In this document: one piece after another, positions 1 to 12,540 of the stretch | How positions within the stretch are numbered: the first letter of the stretch is position 1 | How the letters are laid out: the number at the start of each line of letters is the position of its first letter | NCBI RefSeq assembly: GCF_009914755.1 | Contig: NC_060933.1 | DNA from: the human T2T-CHM13v2.0 reference genome, Homo sapiens | Strand: one strand, 5' to 3' | DNA: 64,000 bases | Notes under the pieces: model-generated | Seen by the model: the letters and a program-made list of their open reading frames with translations, nothing else | Database searches by the model: none | Told to the model about the DNA's origin: nothing | Translations under genes and position numbers: made by a program

Positions 1-11
1 ACACACACACA

Positions 12-163
12 CAAAATTAGCCAGGTGTTGTGGTGGGCGCCTGTAATCCCAGCTACTCGGGAGGCTCAGGCAGGAGAATTGCTTGAGCCTGGGAGGCAGA
101 GGTTATAGTGAACTGAGATTGCGCCACTGCACTCCAGGCTGGGTGACAGAAAGAGACTCCATA
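12..163 (+). mobile_element. Alu (AluS/J-type) right arm, cut by window start
   Basis: AAAATTAGCCAGGTG...CCTGTAATCCCAGCTACTCGGGAGGCT...GCGCCACTGCACTCCAG...GACAGAAAGAGACTCC matches Alu right monomer. Confidence 0.95.
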
Positions 164-210
<47 letters not shown>

Positions 211-211
211 A
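164..211 (+). repeat. (TAAA)n microsatellite derived from the Alu tail
   Basis: 12 perfect TAAA units directly after the Alu. Confidence 0.95.
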
Positions 212-1154
212 TCTACAATTAAACCTCCCTCTAGCTAGATGATCCCAACAATGATGGAGAGTAGTCCACAGCCTTGACAGGAGTGGTCATGTGGTAGTGC
301 AAATTGGAGAGGAAAACAACAGTGATCTTTAATAATTTTGGTTAAATAATATACTATTGAAAATTTTGCAAGATGTATGATCACATTGTTGAGGCCCCTT
401 CCAGGGCCTTGGATGAAAACAGTAGAAATGAGGAGGCTTTGAAATTAAGCTCCATTAATATTAAAATAAACACTCCTGTGTTGATATCTTTTGTATAACA
501 GCTCTTGAAATTTGCTCTCCTTGACCTGCTCCATTTGTTCCTACTCTGTATTGTGTATGCTCAGAAAATTGAATTTATTAAACTGCCAAGCTCCTAACAC
601 CATCTGACTAGCTGCTCTACTATTTTCCCCACCGCCTATTTACTTATTTATTTTGGTTTATCTCCTTTGAGAATTTGTTCACTTTCAGAGGAGAAAAAAA
701 AGTATGTCCTGAACGTTGAATTTTTAAGAGCCTCTCCAGAGTGCCTTTTCACCTACGAGACAAGTTCAAAACATTTATTGCTCTTTCAGCTTAAAATGGC
801 ACACTAGGGTACTATCAGTGCTCAAATGTTGCATATGCGTATACTCAAGGTATAACATTTAATCTAAAGTACGCACAGTTCCTTTCATGGGGAAGGGAAT
901 TGAAAGTTGGAAACAGCCAACTTGCCCACTAGTCAGCAGGTGAACCTCTCATTTTCTAATGTTCTTCAGTCTCCTGCCTCTACGTCCATACTCAACATAT
1001 TTCTCTACCCACTTTTATGTTTTGGATTTCTGCCTATTGCATTTTGATCAATTTAAAAAATGAACTCTTGACTCATTTCTTCCCCTGTATTCACTTCCAT
1101 AAAACAGAGAGATAACATGAAATTTGTAAATAAATTGACTTGAGATTAAGTATA

Positions 1155-1285
1155 AAACCCAGCAGTTATTAGCTGTGAAAACTTTAGCAAATTAATTAAC
1201 TTTTTGAGCCTCAACTTCTTCATCTGTAAATGGAGAAAATAATTCCTTCTTCAAAATGCAGTTTTGAGAACTAAATGAGTTTGTG
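1155..1285 (+). mobile_element. MIR fragment
   Basis: AGCTGTGAAAACTTTAGCAAATTAATTAACTTTTTGAGCCTCAACTTCTTCATCTGTAAATGGAGA resembles the MIR core. Confidence 0.75.
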
Positions 1286-1902
1286 CATGTCATGAAGGAT
1301 TTCTCTATCAAGCAGGAACTCCAAGTTATATTCTCTTTTGTTTTCTTCAGTCTTTTTATGTCTGCTTAGTACTTATTGTTTAGTTCACTCAACACTTATT
1401 ATATTTTTCCTTTAAAAATTATATTGTGTATTCAGCTCTTTGACTTTATGCCTCATATGCTCAAGAGCTACATTCTTTCTTCTTTATATTCTTTATAGTG
1501 TCTAGCACTGTGGCTTGCCACATATAAGGCATTTATTAAATGTATGTAATTTGAACTAATTTAGATAGTCATTACTTTAATAGCAAAATTTGAAACAACA
1601 GTGTTCTAATCTTAAAAGAAGGAATTATTAAGGCTGTATGTAATAATTAATAATAATAATTCCAACTATTATTTCAAATTTGGAATAGGCTTGGGAAATA
1701 GAAGCTTCATTTTCAAACTTCAGAGGGAGTGCCCTATCCCCACTTACACACCCAAAAAATGCAGAAAAAAACGGGAGGAAGAGAAGGAGGGAGGAGAGAG
1801 AGAGAAGGTGCTTTTTATTCCTCCATGTATATGATCATTTGATCCTGACTTTCTGTCTTAAGAGGATGGACATCTTTAGGAGCAGTTACTCTATAAGAAA
1901 TA

Positions 1903-1951
1903 TTCTATATGATGTTAAGGAGAACTAGTTTCTCCTTAACATCATATAGAA
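1903..1951. repeat. Perfect inverted repeat, 22-bp arms, 5-nt spacer
   Basis: TTCTATATGATGTTAAGGAGAA-CTAGT-TTCTCCTTAACATCATATAGAA. Confidence 0.97.
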
Positions 1952-4680
1952 GGCTCACATTGTTATATGTGAAGTGGCATTTTTAACATTAATCAAGGAT
2001 TATACATTATCTTCTGATTTTTTGAAACATTTTTTATATAAAATTTTGTGCTAACACAAGTCTTCATGTAGGTGAATCTTTTATTATACAATTGAGTGCA
2101 ACTTCAACTCATGTATAATAATTTCCTTTTGCCAGCTCAATTTTCTAGTTATTATTGATTGCCCACATTTTATACATATTGCTCATAACAAAGAATGCTT
2201 GTTCTGATAATTATTGTACTAGTGTTGGTAAAGACGGCAACACAATTAGCTTCAAAGAAAGTTAATGCAATACCCCACCTCAGTTCATCACAAGCCCTAT
2301 TGGATTCCCTATGGAAACATGAAGGGTCAGTCAGGCTCTGCAGGCATAAGAATAATTCTAACATAATAATTGCTTTTCTATTAGTTGTCATCACTACAGA
2401 AAGGTGGTTGAGAATTAAGTGCTCTCTTCATCGAAAAGATTAGGCTATTAACTGTACAATCTCTTTTTGGAGACTGTTTTTATGATTATCTGATAATTCA
2501 ATGCTTTTTCTGCTTCTGGGACATTTAATTAAAAAGCCTTCTTCCACCTCTACAAACTGAGCAAAGTAAAGCGATTTCAACCTTCAATTTAATTAATAAA
2601 AATAAACAGCTTTGATGATTTTTTCTTGCATTTCAGGTGCAGTGGGGAGTAATAATTTTTTTTTTGTAAAAACAAAGCGTTTTTTCCAGAAATCACTATA
2701 ATCTTAATTTTCATAAACGTTGTTGTGTTAATCATATTGTAGTGGTCATAAGTCAATGATCTTTAAAAAATCATTAAATATTAAAAATCTAAATGTAATG
2801 TTTCCAGGAGACACACACTATTTTAAAGTCATCTAAAAATCTAAAAACCATATTTGGTTTGAAAAAATTTATGTGACTAGATTTTTATTATAATTACCTG
2901 TTTCTTATTAATAAATAATTTATTGTATTATATTTAGTTCCTCCATTCAAAGACATAATGGTGATTTTAATCTTTCTTTCTCCTCTTTTCACATTATTTC
3001 AACTCTGTTATGTGTTCCACTTAAAAGAAAAACTGCTATATCTGTATTAATTGAAAACAATTTCGCACTGGCTTTATCTGTGCACATAATCAAAATGGAA
3101 TTATTTTTCTGTGGGCTTTAGTGCCTTTTGTACTGAGTGAATAAGCTGAAAGTCAGTTGCTATATTTGATAAGATTCCACATTTACTCTTGGTGTCTTCC
3201 GTCTTATGTTGGGTTAAAAAAAAAGCTTATTACACTTCCCACTTGTTCAATGGTTCTTCTGAAGATAAAAGCCATGCATATCTATTTAACATAGTACATC
3301 TGTAAGAGTGCTTTTTTCCCTTTCTTTTTTTTTTGTTGGATTATTTCTGCCTTGTGTGATATTAAATACAGGCCCTTGATTTATTTTTCCTGTGATGAGA
3401 AAGTTTTCAACGTTTTAGAATCTCACTGAATACAGACTTAAATATTAAAATAATAACATAGTTCTTCTACATTCATCAGAAATCTCTGTTTTTAGATAAA
3501 ATGGAATCACATGCGCTCAATAGTTCTATCACAGAGTACGGTTAAACCTTCATGAATGCGGCAGCTCAGATCTCAGGAAGTAGGGTCATAGAAGCAGTTA
3601 TATATTTAGTATTCCCTGTTCTTTTTAATCTTCTCCTCCCTCTGTCCACATTTTGCTCTTTTCCAATAGACAATTGGGCAAGATAGGGGAAAGAACAGTC
3701 AGTTCTCTGCCTCAGCTGCAGTACTAAGTGGGTGACAGAATGAATTAGGAAAATGTATCCCTAATTCTGCTTATTTATTAAATTCCTGGTGTCTCAGAAT
3801 TTAGCCTGAAACTTTTAATCTGAGAATGTGTATCATGAACATCTTAAAGTCTGATATAGCCAGTGCAGCTGCTCTCACTGCCTATCTCCACACAATATGT
3901 ACAGAAGACTGGAGATTTTTGAGAAAACCTTCTTTGGAGGAAACTCATAGATAGGAGGAAGAAGTTGTGGGATTTCCCCTTCCTTCTGACTAGAGAAAGA
4001 AAGGTGTACCCTCTTTCTTCCCAAATAAAGCTTAGTGAAGGAGCCCCCTAAAATTACTCCAAATAATTCAGCTGACTGCAAGAAGGTGTACAGGTATTCT
4101 ATTTTTGGACTAGATGCTTGTTAAATTGTAATTTCCTAGTCCTTACTATGTTGCAACTGGTGATTAATGCAAGAGACTTCTTATTCCCCAACATTTAGAA
4201 TTTTAAGTTTTAATTTAATTTAATTTAATTTTAATTTAGAAGTTAGTGGTTGAATTTTGCCTAGGTAGTTTCAAAGGTAAAAGATTGGCTGGAGTAGTCT
4301 TACTTTTGCAGGATAAGGCAAGGAAATCCAGCAACAAAAATGTCTATAATTGCTTTATTTGGTAGTAAAGGAAGTGTGAGGTCCTAAGGGCTACATAGTA
4401 CCTGGAATAGCAGCTGTCTTGAAATTCACCCAAGTGGGTTGGCCAATGAGGTGAGATTTAGCAGAAAGAAGCTAAGAGTTTTCTGCCAGGGACAAGAGAT
4501 GGAGCAGGGTATAAGTGATCAGGTAGGTAATATATCAAAAAGTTAGAGAAGGGGACAGTGCAAAACTCCCTTAAGGGAGGGAGGGAAGGGGGACACTCCA
4601 AAAAACACACAAATGGGCCTTAAAATAGAAAGTTAGCTTTTGGATGACGACTGTGTTGGAGGGCACCGAGAGCCACATTG

Positions 4681-4722
4681 TAAAAACAAAACAAACAAAA
4701 CAAAGTAAAACAAAAACAAAAC
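4681..4722 (+). repeat. (AAAAC)n low-complexity repeat
   Basis: Imperfect AAAAC/AAAC units. Confidence 0.8.
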
Positions 4723-7330
4723 ATTTGACACATAGCATATGCTTTGTCCTTCTTCCTTCAAAGCTCTCTTCCTATTCATATTCCCAATGCTGGATGTAGA
4801 AGACAGGTGGGAAGGAACAGAAAAGTTAATTGGAAAGTAAAACCAACTCTACAACTCCTTTCCCCACAGGCAGGTCTACAAGCCATGAGGCGGGCCTGAG
4901 ACGAGCAAGAGGGGAAGAGCAGTGAGCCAGATTTGAAGCAGAATTTTTGTTTTAGAGTTCACTGGATGTAGAAAGAGATGAGATAGGAGGTCTGGTCAAG
5001 ATGCTGTTCAACGATAGACAACCGAGGTATTACAAAGCATGTTGGTAGGCACTGGCAGGAGAAAATTCCTGAGTATACCATACCAGGTTCAGCTCAATCA
5101 TAAACCAATAACCCATTTTTGGCAGAAATCATTTTATTCCCTCTCATCCACTCCATTAAGTTTGGTAATAGTCCTAGTTTTCATTTGGGGATCCTTTCTG
5201 GTAAACCTAATTCCTGACTCTAAAAACAGGGCTTATAGCTCAGGCTAAAATATTTCAGCATAAACTCATCTTCTGGAGACATTATTGGTTCAAAGAAGGG
5301 TGGCAACCAATTGCAGGTGGCTTGGGCTCCTGGTGTAGGGTTCACTGAGGGCTGGGATGGCAGCTTCAGGGATCTCAGCACCAAGCCCCAGTGGCACCTT
5401 CGGAATCTTTATTCCCCCAGCAATGGCTGTGGCCCTGAGGACTCATTTGGGTCCTTGTAATTGCCCTCTGCTCAATGAAATATATGGCCTTTTGACTTTT
5501 ACACATGCTTCTTGCCAACTTTTGGATCTGGGAGAGGGGTTGAGAAGACCTCATTCACATATCTCAGGCCAGGGTTGGCCATGGGAATAGCAAATATAAT
5601 TAAAGAAATAGTCTCCTTCTGATAATCTCAGAACATCATCATCAGCTCAACTGATACAGAGCTGGAATATTAGAAGTCTTCAGAAGTTGCTTAATTTTTA
5701 AGGACGAAAATGCTGAGGGTGCTAATGGTCTTTATTTTTTTCATAGACATGGTGATAAGGATCTGTAAGACACAAGGACATTGGCATAGCTCAGAATGTG
5801 ATTAAATGTTGTACATGAGAAATATGCAATGCAATTGTGTTTGTCAATTAAAAAAATAAAATATATACAGGATTGCTTTGGGGATATTCCCACCACCAGC
5901 CAGAATGTTAACTACATTTTGGATATTTCGATATGAGTTGCATTTTGATTGTAAGGTTACTCAACTTGCTATTCTTTATTCTATGGTGGCAAAAACAAGA
6001 TAATTCCATCCAATCAAAATGCTTTGGAAGCTTTAATATAAATTTCAAGTTAGCTAAAATTATTAAAAGATGGCTAGGAAAATGCTAACGATCTGTGCAA
6101 TTTGTTTTGTATTATTTCTCCTAAAATTAAAGTTGGAGAACTAAGTGCAAATCACCAGAACAGCTAATCCAAGTGGTTTTTGTACCACTTGTCTTTCTCA
6201 TAGGGAGTTTGAACTTTTTAAGTGACATGAGAGCAATCATGGGACACTATACTGACAAAATGTGTTTAACCCTCTATCCAAGTTCATGTCATAGCAGGTA
6301 GTTAGGATTGGACACATATGAATGTTTGTTGAAGTGTTGTGCCTCTGAAGGAAAATCACAGATTCTTCAACCACATGTATTCATGTAGATTCCTGCAGAA
6401 ATATCTGGAGTAGCACTCCTGGCTGGTTTGAATTATGGATTAACCAACGAATGCTTTGATGTATAATATTTCAATGAGAACCAAAGCTATGTCTCCTAGA
6501 GGGTTATGTGGCAGATGTATTTGTCCACATTAGACTCCTCATTATATAAGACAGCTGCGTAGATGCAGGACAATATCAACCATGAGGCTTATGCTTGCAG
6601 CCCAAGCAGACAACAAAGAGGTATAAAAACATTCTTCAGTGGCTACAGACATCTAGGACACCTAAGAAAAAAAATGTGGGTTTTATATTAAGTTTGGAAG
6701 GGGTGGTGTCCATACTTGATACCAAATATTTTAAATATCATTTTCATAATTAGTTATTCTGGGTATAATAAATGGAATTTGAAATCTATGCATGTCTTAA
6801 AACTCCTCAAAGAGAAAATTATACGTATTTTTTTAACTTATATTCTTGCAGCTAACTGAGCTTATTTTTCAATAATAGTATTTTTGGTTAACTTTTCTGT
6901 CCTGTTTATGGTAAACTCCAGAGGCATGAGAAAAGTTTGAAATTCTATAGAAAGCAGTTTATTTTATGCTTTTATTTAGTCTACGAGACACATTTTCCCA
7001 ATAATACCAATTAACTACTCAGCCATCTTTTTGTTATTTGGAGAACTTTCATGTTATAGTTAGTAATGACAATTGTTATAAGATAGTCTTTGTGTTTACC
7101 AGTGAATGATTACAAGTAAAGTGGAAAACAATTTTCCCATGAGGAACAGCCACCCACTTTTCAGTGTCTACCTGAACTGTCTTAGCTCTGCAGTTAATAT
7201 ACCATTTTAAAATTTTCCTGAAAAAGATTGTTACAGTAGTTCTCTACAGATTTCTGAAAATCTACTCTGAATGTGTTGTGATTAATGTCGGAGGAAAATG
7301 TTATAGTAGGTCTAAAACAGAGAACAAAGT

Positions 7331-7503
7331 AGTGGTTCCCAAACTGACCAATTTCAGAATTAACTAGGGAGTTTTGAGAAACAGAAATTTCCTTTATCCT
7401 GCCCAGATATACTCAATCAGAATTTCTAGGGCTGGAGTGGAGTGGAGGAATCTCAAGAAAAAACAACAACAAAAAAGTTTTCCTGCTCTAGGAAGCCATT
7501 GTT
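7331..7503. mobile_element. MER5-type hAT-Charlie DNA transposon fossil
   Basis: AGTGGTTCCCAAACT...TCAGAATTAACTAGGGAG...ACTCAATCAGAATTTCTAGGG...GGAATCT, typical MER5A/B motifs. Confidence 0.7.
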
Positions 7504-8185
7504 TTAAAATTAATGGCAATACCAAATTTGCTAAAGTAACAGAGAGATCTATAGGTTTTCACTTTCACTTTTTGAAAGGTCAGGTTTCTAGACTCTTGGG
7601 GAGAAACAAACTGTATCCCAGGCTGATGCAATTAGAGGACAAAGCAGCAAGTTAGAAAAGAAACAAAATGACTACAGAATAATCAGTAAACTGAAAGATT
7701 TAAATCATAAATGTATAAGTGCCCTTAAAGAAGATATATGTTATATAGTCTCTAGATCTTTTCATCAGGAAAAGTCAAAATTGTTCATCACAAAGATAAT
7801 CATTTGCATCGATATGGTAATCTCTTTTGGTCTTCAAAACAGTGAAAGATAGACAGGAACGTTTCTATCTTCCTCATTTTGAGAAGCAAAGCTTGTCTCA
7901 AAATTACAGATAATTGAGCCAAGGTACAGAAGCCTATGTGTGCTGATCTGTTCTATTTGGTGCTATGTTTTACAGGCAGAGCTGTGAAGTCAGGGGACGG
8001 TGTTGTGGGTGATACCTCACACTCTTTTAGTGTGACGGGAAAGTAATAATGCATTTCTTGTAAATGTTGATAGCAAAGGTTTGCAACTTAAAAGGGGAAT
8101 TTCATATATTTAGAAAATACTTTGAGGTGAAACCCTCACTCTTTAAAGGATTATTTAAAATGGTAATGCTACTACCTAAATTGGT

Positions 8186-8292
8186 AGATTGGAAGGGAGG
8201 TTAAAGGGCATTTAATCATGTTCCCTCATTTTATAGGTGAAGACTCTAAGGCTCAGAGTGCTTTATGGTTTGCATAGTAATTCATAGCTAAT
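8186..8292 (-). mobile_element. MIR (MIR3/MIRc-like) fragment
   Basis: TGGAAGGGA...CCCTCATTTTATAGGTGAAGACTCTAAGGCTCAGAG is the reverse MIR core. Confidence 0.65.
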
Positions 8293-10462
8293 CTGAACAA
8301 TTTTTGGAAAAATAACATCTTTTCTATTTTTCCATCATTATGGATTTGTTAAAGATACTAAAATGAGCTAATTGGTGATTTGTTAGTTCAAATTGCTAAT
8401 TTTTTAACTTTAAATTTCACTTTTCATGCAAAAATGAACCTTTTTATAATACTTTGAACTGAAGAAATCTTCTTTTCTAAATAAGATGTCATACAACTGA
8501 GATAAAGTTTATTATTTTACTTATGAAGGATTCCACCATTCCCAAAATTAAAGTGTTACTTTCTTTACCTGAACACTAATAATAATGGTGGTTTCAAAGG
8601 AGCAGCAAAAGAGAAATATTTTCTATTTTTCTTTACAAGCTGTTTACTGTTTTTATTTTGCTCTCTGGTAATAGACAGAAAATTATATAAAACAATATTT
8701 TGAGGGAATTTTTCTCCTGGTTGGTTTTAAATCACTGTGCTCCCTGAAACATTTCAATGTTTAAATTCTTCTCAAGTTATTATATTCACCAGTACCTGAT
8801 TAATCCATTGCAGATATAAAAATGTATTGAAGAATAATAAATGGATACCATGTGATTTTTTAAAACTTGGACAGCTAATGAATGTGGCAACATTTTAAAG
8901 GAGGGGATAGAAAAAAATGTTCTGCATAATCAATAATGCATAATTCATACTTAAACATCATTAATTTCTAGCACTACGACATTTTTAAATGAATATATTG
9001 AAACGGAAACAAAATATTTTACAAAATGTTTTCCATATGGCAGTAATCTAAAAAATGGGAAAAATTTGTCATTCTTCACTCAGTTTGGCCCAACAAGACT
9101 AAATAAAATATTTGTTATGATGTGATGGAAAATAGGGATCTTCTGGCTTATCAGGAAGTTTCTGGAAGTGAGCCTTTCTTACCTAATTGATGTAAAAAAA
9201 AAAAAGAAGAAGAAATGTATAACTTTTCAACTTGTAACTGAAAGAAATGGCAGTTTGGGAATAATGGTAATATTACTGAAGGTAAAGCAGAGTGCTATAG
9301 AAAAGCTATCTCTTGATGATATTCTGTGGTCCTTCAAGTAAATTAAGTGCAAAGGTTGGCCTCTTTACTTTTATTTACCTAGGCCAATTAATGCCCTTAA
9401 TTTTTAAGCCACTTTGTGCTTGAGTTTTCTGTTGCTTATAAATCAACGCCTCTTAACTGATAGATCATTTCAAAATCTAAAATTGTACCATGTGCTGCTG
9501 TCATTGATGCTGCGTTTTTCTTTGGGTTTTTATCCAATGATGTAAATGTTATAAAGCCTGAAGCTATATAAGAGTATCCATTTGTAAATCAAATAGATAA
9601 ATAACCTTTAGGTATAGAAAATAGCCTCAATGGGATTATTGTAGAATTCCCCTAGGAATATCATGAAGAGTAAATATTAATGCCTTTTAATTGCTGTAAA
9701 CTATAGTGTGAACTATAAAGTTTACACTATTGACATGCAGGATCATGACCAATTTTAAAGATGAGTTGATAAATATTACTCAAGAGAATAAATTCACATC
9801 CATATCTGCTCCAAAGTAATTTTCTCAAACTTGCATTTGTGTCCTAGTTAATTTATCAGGAAATGAATCTTTAATTTGGAAATATAGTAGTATGGAAAGT
9901 TTGTCAAACTTAATTTCTTTTTGTAGAACACTTGACTACCCATATATGATCTTAATAGGATAGTTGGAAACAGTTGATAAAAGTGGACAGTCTGTTTCAC
10001 TGGCATAAAGTCATCCTTTTTGAGGTCATTTATATTTGTCTATCTTTGAGAAAGCAACATACTTGGTTTCGGTTTCTAGGTGGAACTTCTGAGTCAAGTT
10101 GCTGCTCAGAGCATGTGGTATTTTGCAGACTTCAACTCCACCTCAGCACTTGGTTACTAACCACTTTTTTTCTCTAAAACATGGGCAGTTTATATATTAT
10201 GAACATTGTGTTTACCTTCAGGATATGGTAGTAAGTAGTTTCAGCCATTACAAATCATCATTTTTTTTTCTCACGTCCCTAAGAGCCCCTAATAAGCATT
10301 TCTAAGTTCTTCCAAGCTTCTCTCTCCTTTCCCAACTCAATGTTCTGCTCCTAATCTCAGCTGCTCCTATTTTATTGAGTCATTGGCACATGACTCATCC
10401 ATTACTGAGATTGAGCTGTGTCTACCCCAAAATTGTGACAAATTTTACCATATCTGAATGGA

Positions 10463-10864
10463 TGTATTCGTCAGTTGGGGCTATCATAGCAAATTACCAT
10501 AGACTGAATGGCTTCAACAATAGAAACTCATCTTCTCGTAGTTCTGGAGGTTAAAAGTTCCAAATCAAAGTCCAACAGGGTTGGCCTCTGGGGAGAGCTC
10601 TCTCTTCCTGGCTTGCAGACATCTGCATTCCCACTATGTTCTCACATAGCCTTTTCTTGGTGGGTATGCAGGTAAAGAGAGAGAAAACTCTGTTGTTTAC
10701 TTTTATAAAGAAACTAATCCTATTTGATCAGGGCCCCACCATTATGACCTCACTTAACCTTAATGATTATCTTAGAGGCCTCATTTCTAAATACATCCAC
10801 ACTGAGGGTTAGGGTCTCAACATATAAATTTTGGTGGGGGGACACAAACATTCAGTCTCTAATA
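10463..10864 (-). mobile_element. MLT1A/MLT1A0-like MaLR solo LTR
   Basis: Reverse strand begins like MLT1A (GACTGAATGTTTGTGTCCCCCC..AAAATTTATATGTTGAGACCCTAACCC); plus strand has CATAGACTGAATGGCTT..AGTTCTGGAGG..CTTCCTGGCTTGCAGA. Confidence 0.9.
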
Positions 10865-11263
10865 CTGAAGAACAGGTAGTGGGGGAGATTTCAAAGTTAT
10901 TATCTGCATGAGTTACTGAGCATAACTCTGGGATGTGGGAGTATAGGGAAACAATTCCTAAGAAGAGAGAGAATTGAAGCATGTTTGCTTCGTGGTCGAT
11001 GGATGAAATCCAACCAATGCAGAGAATATACTCATAGAATATTATCTCTTTCTCAAATACTTCCTAGTCATGATTCACGAGTTAATGTTTGAAACTTTAG
11101 GATAAAGGACTAAGAAAAGTGAATAAGAACATCAAATGTCTTATAGTTGGACTTCCCTGGGAGAAAATGATAGTGTAAGATATGAATAGCCTCAACATTC
11201 GTGACTTCTAGTCTGAAAGACAACTGCGCTAGACCTTTGTCCAAAGATTAAAAAGTGTTTTGG

Positions 11264-11549
11264 GGCAGGGCGCGGTGGATCACGCCTGTAATACCAGCAC
11301 TTTGGGAGGCCGAGGCGGGCGGATCACTAGGTCAGGAGATCGAGACCATCCTGGCTAACACGGTGAAACCCCGTCTCTACTGAAAATACAAAAACTTAGC
11401 CGGGTGTGATGGCGGGTGCCTGTATTCCCAGCTACTCGGAGGCTGATGCAAGAGAATGGCGTGAACCCTGGAGGCAGAGCTTGCAGTGAGCCGAGATCGC
11501 GCCACTGCACTCCAGCATGGGCGACAGAGCGAGACTCCGTCTCAGAAAA
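11264..11549 (+). mobile_element. AluY, full length
   Basis: AluY diagnostics GAGATCGAGACCATCCTGGCTAACACGG and GAATGGCGTGAACC; TSD AAAAAGTGTTTTGG at 11250-11263 and 11550-11563. Confidence 0.97.
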
Positions 11550-11859
11550 AAAAAGTGTTTTGGGATTCATAAATGAAGGTCATTAACACCCTTAATATTG
11601 AAATAAGCAAACATTGGACATTAGCATCCTTGGTCTAGGCATTAGCAGACAATGGAGTACCTCTGGTAGGCATCATCAAGAGCATTCTGGTGCTCTTGAT
11701 GAAAACCTAAAGTGTGGTTTAACATAGGTATTCACAGAGGAAAGGGAGGGAGGGTGTAGTCTGTGAAGTGCTTGTGAGAATCTTGTTTTTGTAAATATGT
11801 GAAACAACCTCTATAATTTCTGCAGGGTTTAAAGTGAAATAACAATATTTATAGATAAT

Positions 11860-12035
11860 ATGTTCAGAATACCTAGTATGTACTTAACATTTAATCTTTT
11901 AGTAATCCTATGAAGTCATTACTAATATTATTTTCTCACATTACTGATGAGAATTACAGAGATACCTAGCACCTTGCCCCAGATCATTTAGCATGTGACA
12001 GAGCTGGCATTAGAAGCAAGACAGTTTGACTCTCT
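11860..12035 (-). mobile_element. MIR fragment
   Basis: CATTTAATCTT..AATCCTATGAAG..ACTGATGAGAA..CTTGCCCCAGATCA..GACAGAGCTGGCATT..CAGTTTGACTC. Confidence 0.7.
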
Positions 12036-12304
12036 ATTTTTTAGACTAGTGTTTTTTAAAACTGCTGGAATTCTTGTACTTTGTGTAAGTACTATTGTGA
12101 TACTAGCTTTTACCCTGAGGCAAAGATGGGTTTTGAAATTCAGGTTCATTTAATGGGTGCACAATAAAGTTTGGGGAATTATAGCAATGAAAATATCTTT
12201 AGCCTGTGGGTAAGATATTACCTTTACTTTATTCATCTGGCCATACTATTGCAGGCTAGTCATAGAGATTAGAGAGTAACTTCCTTCCCTGCAGGTTGAA
12301 AGAT

Positions 12305-12540
12305 ACATTTATTCATTTATCAATTCACAACATTTATTTTAAATGTGTAGCTAACATAAACCAGAAGTACTGGGCACAAAAATGCAGTCATAAACAAAAA
12401 TGGATAGAAACTTTTCTGGAAAAATTCCTTTCTAGCAGGTAAGTAGCAGCTAAAGAGCTGTGAACAGTGGTTAATTGATTGATTAGCAGTTTCAAAGAAT
12501 AGTGTTTTAAGGTGATAAATATTCTGTGACCCAGTTAAAG
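12305..12540 (-). mobile_element. L2 3' fragment
   Basis: CATTTATTCATTTATCAATTCACAACATTTATT...TACTGGGCAC..AATGCAG reverse L2 3' end pattern. Confidence 0.6.

Noticed and set aside
4250-5200. Purine-rich stretch that may be an ancient LTR
   Set aside because: No termini, TSD or family motif I can identify with confidence
5290-5590. GC-richer patch with 77-aa ATG ORF (MAASGISAP...)
   Set aside because: No recognisable domain, poly(A)/TSD or splice structure; cannot support a gene or processed pseudogene
9703-9730. ATAGTGTGAACT/AGTTTACACTAT imperfect hairpin
   Set aside because: Short with a mismatch in AT-rich DNA; compatible with chance
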